From: Escherichia coli
GTDB lineage: Bacteria; Pseudomonadota; Gammaproteobacteria; Enterobacterales; Enterobacteriaceae
Direction: 5' to 3' (one strand)
NCBI RefSeq assembly: GCF_003334255.1
Contig: NZ_QOWU01000012.1
DNA: 64,000 nt
Below are positions 33,642 to 45,896 of this stretch, one piece after another (the first letter of the stretch is position 1; each line of letters opens with the position of its first letter). The notes under the pieces are model-generated. The model searched no databases and was not told where the DNA came from. It saw only the letters and a program-made list of their open reading frames with translations. A program made the position numbers and the translations under genes.

Positions 33642-33860
33642 TTATTTACCGACCTGGTGACCAATAACACCACCGACAGCTGCACCACCTAATGTACCCA
33701 ACGTACTGCCATCGGTCAGTACTGCACCGCCTAATGCCCCTGCACCCGCGCCGATTGCGGTGTTGCGGTCCCGTTTAGACCAGTTAGAACAGGCACTCAG
33801 AGACATTGCCAAAGTAATTGCCAGAACAGCCGCGGTCATTTTTTTGCTCGTTACAAACAT
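33642..33860 (-). CDS. osmB: Osmotically inducible lipoprotein B (72 aa)
   Basis: Lipobox LSAC and glycine-zipper region GAGAGALGGAVL. Confidence 0.9.
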   Translation of the reverse strand: MFVTSKKMTAAVLAITLAMSLSACSNWSKRDRNTAIGAGAGALGGAVLTDGSTLGTLGGAAVGGVIGHQVGK

Positions 33861-34128
33861 AATACTCTCTCCTGAATTTATGATTCACGGAAGTAAGCTC
33901 TCTATAACTATAATAGCTAAGAATAAGCCTGGTGAAATTATTCCGTGAAATCTGCTCGCGCGCAGGGTTATATCACGCAGGTGATAATGACTTCCTGTTA
34001 TATCGCTGATAATAATTTTATATCTTGAGAGTGTTAATAACAGGTAAATAGTCTTAATTATCAACCAGGAATCATCTTAGAGCGGATGATTTGCCAAACT
34101 GCAAATCATCCGTAGAGAAGGGAAATGG

Positions 34129-34878
34129 TTAAATGTCAACGACGTGAACGGTGAGTTTACTGTGCTCAAGATGCATCAGATCGCTGGCGCGTATTTTCGA
34201 ATCGGTAATCACGCGATTGAATCGCTCAACGGGACCGATGGAGTATGAATGTACAGCACCAAATTTCGAGCTGTCAGTCAGGACTATCGCTTCGCACTCT
34301 TTTTCCAGCACGGCATTGACCACATCGGTACGCATCATATCGCGACCGGTAAATCCAGTTTCAGGTTGCCAGCCATCAATACCAATAAATGCTTTGCTGA
34401 AATGCACCTGTTGGATGCACTGGCGTGTCAAAGGGCCAACCATACTTTCGCTTTTTTTCTGATACACGCCACCGAGCAAAATAACTTCACAAGGCGCGTC
34501 TTTCAGCAAATGCGCGATGTAGCTGCTGACCGTGATGATAGTGACATTTTTCTTCTGCTCGCCCAGAGTCCGGGCGAGTAGGGCATTGCTGCTGCCATTT
34601 TCGATAAAGATGGTTTCGCCCGGTTGAACCAGCGACGCGGCAAACTCGGCGAGTTCACGCTTCAGCGTATAGTTGCTCATCATACGGGTTTCGACGTCAT
34701 CACTATCAAGCGAAACAGCAAAGCCATGTGCACGGCGGAGGTAACTCAGTTTTTCGAGTGTGTTGAGATCCTGGCGAATGGTAACTTCAGAAACTCCAGT
34801 GGCTTTTGCCAGATCGGTTACGCTAACCTGACCCTGGTCAATGACCATCTGTAGAATAGTTTGTTGTCGGGAATTCAT
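34129..34878 (-). CDS. yciT: DeoR-family transcriptional regulator YciT (249 aa)
   Basis: N-terminal HTH followed by a DeoR sugar-binding-like C-terminal domain; 249 aa. Confidence 0.85.
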   Translation of the reverse strand: MNSRQQTILQMVIDQGQVSVTDLAKATGVSEVTIRQDLNTLEKLSYLRRAHGFAVSLDSDDVETRMMSNYTLKRELAEFAASLVQPGETIFIENGSSNALLARTLGEQKKNVTIITVSSYIAHLLKDAPCEVILLGGVYQKKSESMVGPLTRQCIQQVHFSKAFIGIDGWQPETGFTGRDMMRTDVVNAVLEKECEAIVLTDSSKFGAVHSYSIGPVERFNRVITDSKIRASDLMHLEHSKLTVHVVDI

Positions 34879-34967
34879 CGCTGTAATTCTTATAACGTTA
34901 TAATACTTAATAAAAAAATACTGACGCGCCGGGCATCCTCAAATAGGAAAACCTGAAGGCACGATTG

Positions 34968-35141
34968 TTAAATCTCCCACGGTGCCTTCGGGATGTCTGG
35001 CGTAGATTCAGCAACCTGGCGCAAGAGTTCTGCTTTAAGTATCTCGAGATTATGGATCGCAGAGTGGTAATCGCCTGCCACAAGGATATCTAACACAATA
35101 TCAATACGTTCGGCAACGCGCTGGGCATCAAATTCAGACAT
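34968..35141 (-). CDS. yciZ: Small protein YciZ (57 aa)
   Basis: Track ORF trimmed to [14 protein letters not shown]... Confidence 0.55.
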
Positions 35142-35288
35142 CAAGGACATCCTTATAGCAAAAGGGGGAAAATGAATAATGCAAAAATTGCCGCTAAAAG
35201 AGAAGTGTTTAACAGCAACGGCTAATTATCATCCAGGAATACGATATATAATGACGGGATATAGCGCTAAGTATATATATTCATCTAC

Positions 35289-37274
35289 TTATGCGCGCTT
35301 CAGATAGCGTTTATACCAGCGTTCGAAGGCGACGGCGGGCATCGGTTTGGCAAACAAAAATCCTTGCCGCTCATTGATCCCGTTCTTGGTTAAAAAAGCA
35401 TCTTCCTTTGCACTCTCTACACCTTCGGCGATCACCTGAAGATTCAATGCCTGGGCCACAGCGACGATCGCCCGGACCAGTGACTGCGAGACAGGTTGTT
35501 TGTGAATATCTCGAACAAAAACCTGGTCAAGTTTGATGGCATCGATCGGAAAGCGCGCCAGTTGCGAAAGTGAAGAGTAGCCGGTACCAAAATCATCCAG
35601 ATGCACTTGCGCACCTAGTTGGCTAAATTGTTGAATAACAGACAGTGCCAGTTCATCATTCTCAATCAGACAACTCTCTGTCAGTTCAACATCTATAGGG
35701 CAGTATTCAAAATTGAGTTCCTGGAGAACCTGTTTCAGGGCGGTGAAAATGGTTTGATCGGCGAGCTGACGTGCAGAAATATTTACCGCCACTCGCAGGT
35801 TTATGCCTTTATCCCGCCACTTTGCCACCTGGCGTACGACATCGAGAATCACCCAACGGCCTAAAGGCACAATTAGCCCTGACTCTTCGGCGTAGGAAAT
35901 GAAGTCCAACGGTGGAATCAACCCACGTTCAGGTGACTGCCAACGTACTAGTGCTTCCAGACTGCGCACTTCGCCACGCCAGGTGATTTTCGGTTGATAG
36001 TGAATAACCAACTGATCGTTTTCCAGTGCTTTACGCAAGTTGGTATCCAGCCAGAGATATTCAAATACCCGTTGATTCATTTCTGGGGTAAAAACGCAAA
36101 ATTGTCCTCGTCCGCCTTCCTTCGCTGTGTACATTGCTGTGTCGGCGTGACGAATAATAGCCGTGCTGTCTGAACCATGTTCGGGAGAGAGTGCAATACC
36201 TACTGAACAGCTGGTATAAACTTCAATTAAACCAATGCGAAAGGGGAGCCGTAAGCGGGTCAAAATTCGTGATGCCATTGCTTCCAGCGCGCTTTGTGAG
36301 GTGTTGGATGCCAGTACCAGAAACTCATCCCCACCTGGACGCGCCAACACCTGGTCATGTTCGAGACAGCTTAAAATAGCCAATGACACGTCGCGTAATA
36401 ACTGGTCACCAAACAAATGCCCATAGGCGTCGTTGACCTTTTTGAAATTATCCAAATCAAGATACACAACCCCAACTTTATTGTTATCTGCATGATTAAT
36501 AGCGTGATCGATTAAATCCTGCATTGCGTTACGATTCGGCAGTCCGGTGATACTGTCGGTATTTGCCAGAATACGCAGTCGCTCCTGAGCGCGGCGCTCT
36601 TCGGTAATGTCGGTGCCGGAACAGATTAAAAAAATCTCGTTTTTGCCACTGCCGCTGTGGACAAATTTATTGCGAAACAGAAACAGCCGCTGGCCTTTAC
36701 ATGTTGGTATCCACAGTTCGACTTCATATGCATTGCCGCTTCGAAAAAATACACGGTTATTGCGCCTGGATGCCGCAGCTTCACGACGGCTCATAAACAG
36801 TTTAAACACGCTTTGCCCAATGACGTCGTGTTCTTTCAACCCTGTGTAATCTTCACATAACCGATTGAAGCGTTGGATATTCCCCCGGCTGTCGAGAATC
36901 ACTATTGCGGAATGTGCTTCAGAAACTACCTGCTCAGCAAAGGAAAGCCCGTGTGATAAATCACGAGCAACCGCCGGTGTGTCATGCCATGCAGACGCGT
37001 TGCCAGCCCATTCCCGTTTATTGATTTTTCGTCCTACCAGATGCACAGAAAGATCGCTTTCATCGACGGTCAGACTCATCATCAGGCTGGAGGTGATGAC
37101 CGTCATTTCCCTGATGCGAGCAGCCTGTTCGGCAGATAACTGCAATGTACGATCAGGTTCTGTGGTTTCGGTGGTAGAAAAGCGCAAAACATCGCTGCTT
37201 TCCGTCAACCGCCAGTATGGATTGTGCGATCCGAGAAAGTTGTACAACGTTGTGGACTCCCTAACGGTTTTCAT
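35289..37274 (-). CDS. pdeR: c-di-GMP phosphodiesterase PdeR / Gmr, PAS-GGDEF-EAL (661 aa)
   Basis: GGDEF-like motif RPGGDEFLVL and EAL motif LEALVRW; 661 aa. Confidence 0.9.
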   Translation of the reverse strand: MKTVRESTTLYNFLGSHNPYWRLTESSDVLRFSTTETTEPDRTLQLSAEQAARIREMTVITSSLMMSLTVDESDLSVHLVGRKINKREWAGNASAWHDTPAVARDLSHGLSFAEQVVSEAHSAIVILDSRGNIQRFNRLCEDYTGLKEHDVIGQSVFKLFMSRREAAASRRNNRVFFRSGNAYEVELWIPTCKGQRLFLFRNKFVHSGSGKNEIFLICSGTDITEERRAQERLRILANTDSITGLPNRNAMQDLIDHAINHADNNKVGVVYLDLDNFKKVNDAYGHLFGDQLLRDVSLAILSCLEHDQVLARPGGDEFLVLASNTSQSALEAMASRILTRLRLPFRIGLIEVYTSCSVGIALSPEHGSDSTAIIRHADTAMYTAKEGGRGQFCVFTPEMNQRVFEYLWLDTNLRKALENDQLVIHYQPKITWRGEVRSLEALVRWQSPERGLIPPLDFISYAEESGLIVPLGRWVILDVVRQVAKWRDKGINLRVAVNISARQLADQTIFTALKQVLQELNFEYCPIDVELTESCLIENDELALSVIQQFSQLGAQVHLDDFGTGYSSLSQLARFPIDAIKLDQVFVRDIHKQPVSQSLVRAIVAVAQALNLQVIAEGVESAKEDAFLTKNGINERQGFLFAKPMPAVAFERWYKRYLKRA

Positions 37275-37509
37275 GATGCATATCCTCCGGTTAACAGCGG
37301 AGTCCGCGGTTAAATAAAAGGAACAACATGACTTACATGAAATTAACGGCGGCTAAACGCATTGTTTTTTTTATATATTTATTTGTAATCCAGTTTTGGA
37401 AAAACGCCAGTTTTCAAACGAAAGTCAGTTAAAAAATCTGCCTGGATATAACGAAGGTAGAGCGGGGAAATAAACGGCCCATCCATGAGGAATGGGCCGT
37501 GAAAGGAGA

Positions 37510-39444
37510 TTACGCGACCGGGCGCGCAATAATGCTGCGGGTTTCCATGCGGACTTCGGCAATAGTGACGTCAATAACGTCAGTCACTTTGTAAACCGTT
37601 TCACCTTTAATTTGTACAGTGCCGTTTTCCTGGCTGCAAACCAGTTCATCGCGCACAGCGTGTAAGAAAGGTGCCGGAATAAAGGCGATAGCGCCGTTAT
37701 CAACCAAACGAACACGCATGCCGCCACGGCTGATATCGACAATTTCCGCTGCGAAACGGGTGTCGGTCCCGGCTTTGTCTTTCAGGAAGCGTGCGTATAA
37801 CCAGTCACCAACATCACGTTCTGCCATCCGGTTGAGACGGCGACGCTCGGCCATTTGGACAGTGATTTCATCCTGTGGGCGCGTCGCAGTTTCGCCTTTG
37901 ATAACCGCTTTCAGCAGACGGTGGTTGATCATGTCGCCATATTTACGGATCGGCGAAGTCCAGGTGGCGTATGCTTCCAGACCGAGGCCAAAGTGAGGAC
38001 CGGGTTCAGTGCTAATTTCAGCAAATGACTGGAAGCGACGAATGCGGCTGTCGAGGAAACCAGTTGGTTGCGCGTCCAGTTCACGACGCAGTTTGCAGAA
38101 ACCGTCCAGCGTGAGCACTTCTTCGGCATCGACATGCAGACCGTGCGTTTTCAGCAACGCTGCCAGCGCGTCGGCATTCGCCGGATCAAAGCCCATATGC
38201 ACGTTATAGATGCCAAAACCGAGCTTATCGCGCAGTACGCGGGCCGCACAAATGTTAGCGGCAATCATCGCTTCTTCGACGATACGGTTGGCAATGCGAC
38301 GAGGCTCGGCGACGATATCCAGCACTTCACCTTTTTCACCGAGAATAAAGCGGTAATCCGGGCGATCTTTAAACACCAGTGCGTGGTTATGACGCCACTC
38401 GCCGCGGCGTTGGCAAATTTGCGCTAGCAAACGGACTTGTTCGGCAATTGCTTCACTTTCAGGCTGCCAGTCACCGGTATTTTCCAGCCAGTCAGAAACC
38501 TGGTCATACACCAGCTTTGCTTTGGATTCGATGGTGGCGGCAAAGAATTCGATATTATCTTCAATGGTGCCATCAGCGGAGAGCGTCATGCGGCATGCCA
38601 GTACCGGGCGGACTTCATTGGCGCGCAGTGAGCAGAGATCGTCAGAAAGCTCGCGAGGCAGCATAGGGATGTTGAAGCCAGGCAGATAGTTGGTGAATGC
38701 GCGAATTTTCGCGGCTTTGTCCAGCTTGCTGCCTTCAGCAATCCACGCGGTTGGATCGGCAATCGCCACAATCAGCTGAAGTTTGTCATCCGGCAACGCC
38801 TTAGCGAAAAGGGCGTCATCCATATCTTCTGTGCTGGCACTGTCGATGGTGACAAAATCCAGCGCGGTCAGATCTTCACGAACCAGACCTTCATCGAGCA
38901 TTTCGGTAGCGACGCCGTCTGGTGCTTCTTTTTCCAGATTATGGCGTGCAAGGGTAACCCACCACGGTACAAAGTGATCGTCACCAAAAGTGATGTATTG
39001 TGTCAGTTCTGCATAGAAAGAACGATCGCCTTTCAGCGGATGACGGCGCATTTCGGCAACCGCCCAGTCGCCTTCTTTAAACTCGTGGTTCAGGCCACGG
39101 GCTGCGCGGCAAGGAATGGCGTCTTTTAAGAGTGGATGATCAGGAACGATGGCCAGACGGTCATTTTTGCCCTGAACCTTACCCACGAAACGAGTCAGGA
39201 ACGGTTCAACCAGTTCTTCTGGCTCTGCGGATTCACGTTCTTTTTCACTGTGGATCACCGCGATAATTCGGTCGCCATGCATGACTTTTTTCATCTGCGG
39301 CGGCGGAATGAAATAACTTTTTTGCGCGTCGACTTCCAGGAAGCCAAAGCCTTTTTCTGTGGCTTTTACCACCCCTTCAGCGCGTGGCGTCTGGGAATGC
39401 AGTTGCTGTTTAAGCTGCGCTAGCAGCGGGTTGTCCTGAAACAT
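37510..39444 (-). CDS. rnb: Exoribonuclease II (644 aa)
   Basis: 644 aa with N-terminal cold-shock-like region, RNB catalytic core and C-terminal S1 domain. Confidence 0.95.
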
Positions 39445-39511
39445 AATTGTCTATTTTGGTGGCCATTAGAGCGGCTGACAGTTTTACGCGAATCTGTCTG
39501 ACGCGGCAAGG

Positions 39512-40639
39512 TTAATATGTCTCACCCAACGCGATTTTTAAGCGATTTATCCAGCCACACAGCCCGCTCCATACCAGCAGATTAATAATCTGCGTTGATG
39601 ATTTTTCGTGTTCGAGTAAAGGGCTGAACTGGGCGGCGCTAAAGCGATCGGGTGCTCGGGTCAGCCATTGTATCGCCTGAACGGTAGCGCGCTCAACAGA
39701 ATGACGGTCAGCCCATTGGTTAATTTCATTTTCGCCCTTGCGCATAAGGGTGCTGATTTTTTTATATTCATTTGATGAATCCATACAGGTGGCAAAACAA
39801 GCAGGACTGCCATTTATACGCGCGCATAACAACGCCGCAAGCTGATTATCCGGCTGTGTATTGCCCCGTGTGCTGTTTAACAACTTTTCGAGAAGGGAAA
39901 GTGAAATAGGGTGGAGAGAGAGTATTTCGGCCAGTTGGCAAAGTTCTGCAGTTGAACTTTTTGTGTGCTCTTCAGGTAGTTTTTCCACCTCATAGCTGCT
40001 TCGCCAGCGTAATGATTCATCAGCAAACAGTGACGCGTCGGCGTAGTTTTGTATCTCCAGCCCGGGTAACCAGCGTACCGGATGCCCGAGATAAGCCTGA
40101 AATGTCGCAATTGTCCGCGCCTGAAAGCCAATAAAACCAATGATTTGGCTAATGATCACACAGTCCCAGGCAGTAAGACCGACGTCATTCAGATGCTGGC
40201 GCGATCGGTTGTCGATAATAGAAGGCGAGCTAGCCAGTTGGCGGGCATATTGCGTGATTTGTGCCAACCGATGATTACTTTCCCTGGTGGAATCAGGCCC
40301 GGGGAGCGGCGTAAGTCGCGCCGAATAGTAGTTACATAACCGCTGGACGCCGCAAACCTGAGCAACCGTCAGGGCCGTCGACAAGCGTTCATAAGCGGTG
40401 AAGGTCTGTGAACGGGTCACGGTAAGCTGGTCAGGGAACAAATCCACTGCAAGAACACGCGCAGGGTCCAGCCATGAAAGGAAGGGGGCCAGCGTTTCTT
40501 TTTCAAGGATCACGTCGAGTAGAAAGGGATCGCTGACCTTTGCGGCTTCCGGGACCAGAGGCAGAACGTCATACTCCGTAGTACTGGATTGCGTTTCATG
40601 ATACCAGTGGCTTTTGCCGGTGATGTGGCGTTGTTCCAT
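39512..40639 (-). CDS. yciW: CMD-family (carboxymuconolactone decarboxylase-like) protein YciW (375 aa)
   Basis: Track ORF is 401 aa; trimmed to [12 protein letters not shown] for the expected 375 aa. Confidence 0.75.
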
Positions 40640-40782
40640 GGGCGCTCCTTGGTCGTAAAGGAAATCGTTATCCTGACGCAAGGCGGGAAGGGGAGAAAGA
40701 CGGATCGGCGATAACAAATATCAGAAAGGTATAACAGAGATAACGGGCGGCAGAACGCCGCCCATCTTTACCAACAGAACGA

Positions 40783-41571
40783 TTATTTCAGTTCGAGTTC
40801 GTTCATTGCAGCAATGCTGAAACCGCCGTCAACGTGGACCACTTCACCGGAGATACCGGCAGAGAGATCGGAGCACAGGAATGCCGCAGAGTTACCCACA
40901 TCTTCAATAGTAACGGTACGGCGAATCGGGGTAACGGCTTCGCAATGAGCCAGCATTTTGCGGAAGTCTTTGATACCGGAGGCCGCCAGAGTACGGATCG
41001 GACCAGCAGAGATGGCGTTAACACGCACACCTTCCGGACCCATCGCGTTCGCCATATAGCGCACGTTCGCTTCCAGAGACGCTTTTGCCAGACCCATAAC
41101 GTTGTAGTTCGGGATAGCGCGCTCAGCGCCAAGGTAGGAAAGGGTCAGCAGGGCAGAACCCGGATTCAGCATGGAGCGGCAAGCTTTTGCCATTGCAACG
41201 AAGCTGTAGGAGCTGATGTCGTGGGCAATTTTGAAGCCTTCACGGGTAACGGCGTTAACATAGTCACCATCCAGCTGATCGCCAGGTGCAAAACCAATAG
41301 AGTGTACGAAACCGTCAAATTTCGGCCAAACTTTCCCCAGTTCAGCGAACATGGTGTCGATGCTGGCATCTTCTGCAACATCGCACTGCAGAACGATGTC
41401 AGAACCCAATTGAGCGGCAAATTCTTCTACGCGGCCTTTCAGTTTGTCGTTCTGGTAGGTGAATGCCAGTTCAGCTCCTTCGCGGTGCATCGCCTGAGCG
41501 ATACCGTAGGCGATGGATAGTTTGCTGGCAACACCGGTTACCAGAATGCGCTTACCGGAAAGAAAACCCAT
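40783..41571 (-). CDS. fabI: Enoyl-ACP reductase, NADH-dependent (262 aa)
   Basis: [16 protein letters not shown]ossmann fold; Y..K catalytic dyad context [23 protein letters not shown]. Confidence 0.97.
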
Positions 41572-41714
41572 AGCTTTAATCCTTATTGTTGATGCTTGTT
41601 GTGCCTGAAAATCAGGCGATTCGTCGTTTTAGTAAACAGTACGAACAGATAAACGGTTATTATAATCAACCTGGCTGTGAGTAGCTATAGTTGCCAGGTC
41701 CGACCGGAGCAGGC

Positions 41715-41775
41715 TGCGGCAGGGGGGGCGCTTTTCCCCTCACCCTAACCCTCTCCCCAGAGGGGCGAGGGGACC
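41715..41775. repeat. GC-rich imperfect palindromic intergenic repeat
   Basis: cccctcaccctaaccctctcccc / aggggcgagggg inverted symmetry; G7 homopolymer at 41722-41728. Confidence 0.5.
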
Positions 41776-42186
41776 GTATTGTGCAAATATTGTTACCCCA
41801 GCAACAAACAGGCTCATACAGCCCCTAACCCTTTCATGGCGATGGCTGGGACGGTTCAGACCTTGCCGAATATTCTCCAGCACCGTCTCCTCATTACAAT
41901 CAATCTCGTTATTCCAGAAACGCAGCACGGTCCAGCCCTGCGACTCAAGCCAGCTAGTGCGCCTGGAATCATAGGCAACTGCTAAATCATGCTGCCCACC
42001 ATCCAGCTCAACGACTACACGCGCCGAGCAGCAAGCAAAATCGAGAATGTAGCTCCCCACTGGATGTTGACGGCGAAATTTGAAATCACTAAAACGTCGG
42101 CTGCGAAGATATCGCCAGAGCTTTCGTTCCTGCAAAGTGAGATTGCGTCTTAAATCACGCGCATTTGATTTAATTTTATCTATCAC
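41740..42186 (-). CDS. ycjD: DUF559 (very-short-patch-repair-like endonuclease fold) protein YcjD, ORF reads 148 aa here
   Basis: DUF559-like N-terminal 110 aa (LWRYLR...FKFRRQ...ELDGGQH...VLRFWNNE); C-terminal 30 aa run into the palindromic repeat. Confidence 0.65.
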   Translation of the reverse strand: MIDKIKSNARDLRRNLTLQERKLWRYLRSRRFSDFKFRRQHPVGSYILDFACCSARVVVELDGGQHDLAVAYDSRRTSWLESQGWTVLRFWNNEIDCNEETVLENIRQGLNRPSHRHERVRGCMSLFVAGVTIFAQYGPLAPLGRGLG

Positions 42187-42253
42187 CTCATTCTGACAAG
42201 ATTTAATCTTTTGTCAGAATGAGGTGAATAATCTGGAAGGAGGATTCAGAAAA

Positions 42254-43060
42254 TTAGCGATCTTTACGCCACGCATCCGCCGTCAATGCCTCGCCAAAAT
42301 GACCGGCAATCAGCCGTTTGGTGAGTTCATGCAGCGGCGATGCCAGCACATCCGCGGTGCTGCCTCGCTCGACAACCTCGCCCTGATGCATCACCAGCAC
42401 CTGGTCGCTAATGTGCTTCATCATTCCGATATGCTGGGTAACATAAATATACGAAATGCCCTGTTTTTCCTGTAATTCCAGCATCAGATTAATCAACTGC
42501 GAACGCATCGACATATCCAGTGAAGCGAGGGCTTCATCGGCAATAATGACTTTTGGGCGCAATATCAGCGCGCGCGCCAGACCCAGACGCTGTTTTTGTC
42601 CGGGTGCCAACATATGCGGATAGTAACTGACGTGATCCGGTAGCAGCCCAACCATACGCATCGTTTCAATAATCTGTTTGCGACGCTGTTCCGGTTCCAG
42701 GTCGGTGTTCAGGCGCAGTGGAAAATCCAGAATTTGCGAGATACGTTGACGGGGATTCAACGAGGTCGAAGGATCCTGAAAAATCATGCGAATACGCTGA
42801 CTGCGGAAGGAATAATCGCCAAAATGCAGTGGATGATCGTCAATCAATAACTCGCCGCTGGTAGGCTCTATCATTCCCGCCAGCATTTTTGCCAGCGTGG
42901 ATTTACCCGAACCATTCTCGCCAATAATCGCCAGTGTCTGGCCTTCACGTAGCGTAAAGCTCAAGGGTTTTACCGCTTCTACGGTCTGACGACGAAACCA
43001 GCCGGTCCGGTAGCGGAACGTTTTACTTAAATTACGCACTTCAAGCAGCGTTTCGATCAT
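42254..43060 (-). CDS. sapF: ABC transporter ATPase SapF (268 aa)
   Basis: Walker A GENGSGKST; last gene of sapABCDF. Confidence 0.9.
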   Translation of the reverse strand: MIETLLEVRNLSKTFRYRTGWFRRQTVEAVKPLSFTLREGQTLAIIGENGSGKSTLAKMLAGMIEPTSGELLIDDHPLHFGDYSFRSQRIRMIFQDPSTSLNPRQRISQILDFPLRLNTDLEPEQRRKQIIETMRMVGLLPDHVSYYPHMLAPGQKQRLGLARALILRPKVIIADEALASLDMSMRSQLINLMLELQEKQGISYIYVTQHIGMMKHISDQVLVMHQGEVVERGSTADVLASPLHELTKRLIAGHFGEALTADAWRKDR

Positions 43061-43061
43061 C

Positions 43062-44054
43062 TCACTCTTTCTCCATGTTCAGCGGGAAATGACAGGCATA
43101 GAGATGATTTTTCGCCCCCGTCAAACGTGGCGTCACAATGCATTCTCGTTGTGCATACGGGCAACGTGGCCCCAGACGACAACCAATCGGTAACTGTTCC
43201 AGCAGTGGGATAGCGCCGGGCAGCGTATTGAGGCGACTTTTATGCGGCATCGCGCTGCCGAAGTCTGGTATCGCGCGGATCAGCGCCTGGGTATAAGGAT
43301 GATGTGGCATCGTCACCAACTCCTTACTCGGCGCGGTTTCCACTGTTTGACCGCAGTAAAGCACGTTAATTTTATCCGCCCATTGGCTAAGCATTTGTAA
43401 GTCATGGCTGATAAGCAAAATAGTGGTATTGCTGTTTTGGTTGAGACGCGTCAGCAGGCGAAAGATTTGCGCCTGGGTTGTTGGCTCCATTGAGTTGGTC
43501 GGTTCGTCAGCAATCAGCAGACGCGGTTGATTCGCCAGTGCAATGGCTATCATCACTTTCTGACATTCACCTTCGGTCAACTCATAGGGAAAACTGCGCA
43601 TCGCATCTTTGTGATCTTTAATCCCCACGCGGTGCAGCAGTTCAATGGCACGGCGTTTGCGCCAGCCAAAACGCTGCCACCAACGGCCTTTATAGGTCCA
43701 GGCTGGGATGTTTTGCATCAACTGGCGGCCCACACGTTCTGAAGGGTCAAGACACGACTGCGGTTCCTGGAAAATCATCGACACGTTATGGCCAACCAGT
43801 TTGCGCCGTTCGCGTGCGGAGAGACGCAGCAAATCGATATCATCAAAACGCATACGGTCAGCAGTAACACGCCAGTTATCTTTATTCACCCCACAAATCG
43901 CTTTCGCAATCAAACTCTTGCCGGAACCGGATTCACCAACAAGACCGCGGATTTCACCTTCGGTTAAGGTCATACTTACCCGGTCGACGGCTTTAACCCA
44001 CTCATCACCGGTTTTAAATTCAATGGTCAGGTTACGAATATCGAGTAATGGCAT
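43062..44054 (-). CDS. sapD: ABC transporter ATPase SapD (330 aa)
   Basis: Walker [12 protein letters not shown] signature region present. Confidence 0.9.
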
Positions 44055-44944
44055 TATTCCACCCCCGCAATAATCGCACGACGAACGCCATCGCCAAGGA
44101 GGTTAACCAACAACACGCTAATCATAATTGCCGCACCTGGCAGCATGACAGTCCACGGGGCGACATAAATCAGTTCCAGCGCATCACCGAGCATCGCTCC
44201 CCATTCAGGCGAGGGGAGTTGTGCGCCGAGATCGAGAAAGCCCAGCGCGGCGATATCGAGAATTGCCATCGACAGTGCGCGGGTGATCTCGGTGACCAGC
44301 CCGGCGGTGATGTTTGGCATCACAGCAAACCAGAGAATATTCAGCGTTGATGCGCCATCCAGACGGGCGGCGATAACGTACTCTTTTTCCAGTTCGTCAT
44401 GCACCATGCTGTAAATCGAACGTACCATACGCGGCAGCAATGCCAGCCAGACAGCAAACATAGCGTGGGACAAACTCGGTCCGGCAAACGCTACAACGAT
44501 AATTGCCAACAGCAGCGAAGGGATCGCCAGTAAGGTATCCAGAATATGGTTAAGCACCGCTGAGCGGAGGCCGTGTGTCGCCCCGGCGAAGGTGCCCAGT
44601 ACCAGGCCACAGATCGTCGCGGCAAGCGTCACCACAAATGCGCCACCCACGGTTGGCGCAGCTCCGCTCAGTAAACGGCTTAAAACATCGCGTCCGAGGT
44701 CGTCAGTCCCCAGGAAGAAAGAAACTTCGCCATAGCGCGACCATGACGGCGGCAATAATTGATAACCGAGAAATTGCTGGTCGATGCCGTAAGGCGCAAA
44801 CCAGCCGCCAAAAATACACAGTACAGCCAGCCCCGCGCAGCCGTACAGGCCGACCATCGCAGAGGCGTCACTATAAAATTTGCGCCAGGCGGTACGCAGC
44901 GTGCCCGGCGGGCGCTTTTCGCTGTATACGCTATCGTAAGGCAT
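44054..44944 (-). CDS. sapC: ABC transporter permease SapC (296 aa)
   Basis: Multi-TM permease; overlapping start/stop with neighbours. Confidence 0.9.
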
Positions 44945-45896
44945 ACCATTCCTTATGTTTCAGAGGGTTAGCCATGGCACCCAAAATATCAGAAATCACG
45001 TTAACAATAATGACCAGTGAGCCACACACCATCACTCCGGCGGAAATGGCTGCGTAATCCTGCTGGCGGATGGCGTTAATTAACCAGCGCCCTAAACCCG
45101 GCCAGCTAAAAACCATTTCGGTGATCATCGCCAGCGTCAGCATGGTGGAAAACTGTAAGCCCAGGCGAGGAATAACCGGCGGTAACGCGTTATGCAGAAC
45201 GTGGCGACGCAAAATAGTAAAGCGCGACAAACCGCGGGTCGCCGCCGCTTTTACATAGTTCTGGTCATACACTTCGATAGTGCTGATACGCATCAGGCGG
45301 ATCACTTCAGTTGTTGGCGCAACCGACAGGGTGATCACGGGCAATATCATATGGCGGATTGCGCTCATGATCATTTCATCCCGCCATGGTGAGTCCGAAA
45401 GCCAGGCATCAATCAACGCAAAACCGGTAATCGGTTTCACTTCGTAGAGCAGATCGAAACGCCCTGAAACGGGCAACCAACCTAGCGTGAGTGAACAAAA
45501 CAGCGTCAACAGAAGCGCCAGCCAGAACACCGGGATTGAAAAGCCCAGTAAGGCGATGGCGTTGATCAAGTTATCCTGCCACTTATGGCGCGTAATCCCG
45601 GCAATCATCCCCACGGGGATGCCAACAATCAGCGCAAAACCGAAGGCGAGGATGCACAGTTCCATCGTCGCCGGGAAGACCTCTTTTAACTGTTCGGCAA
45701 TCGGTTGACCGTTAATGCTGGAAACACCAAAATCCCAGTGGATCAGGCCGTTAAACCAGAACACCCAGGCATTCCACAGTGACGCGCCTTGTAACGGCGC
45801 ATGAGGGGTGAAATAGCTCAAGCTGAAGCCAACGAAGGTCAGCAGGAACAAGGTGACAATCAATAACAAAATGCGGCGTAAGGTGAAGATAATCAT
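44931..45896 (-). CDS. sapB: ABC transporter permease SapB (321 aa)
   Basis: Multi-TM permease of the dipeptide/oligopeptide permease type. Confidence 0.9.

Noticed and set aside
40834-41520. 228-aa plus-strand ORF antisense to fabI
   Set aside because: Fully embedded antisense to a highly conserved essential gene; a known type of artefact in GC-balanced coding DNA.
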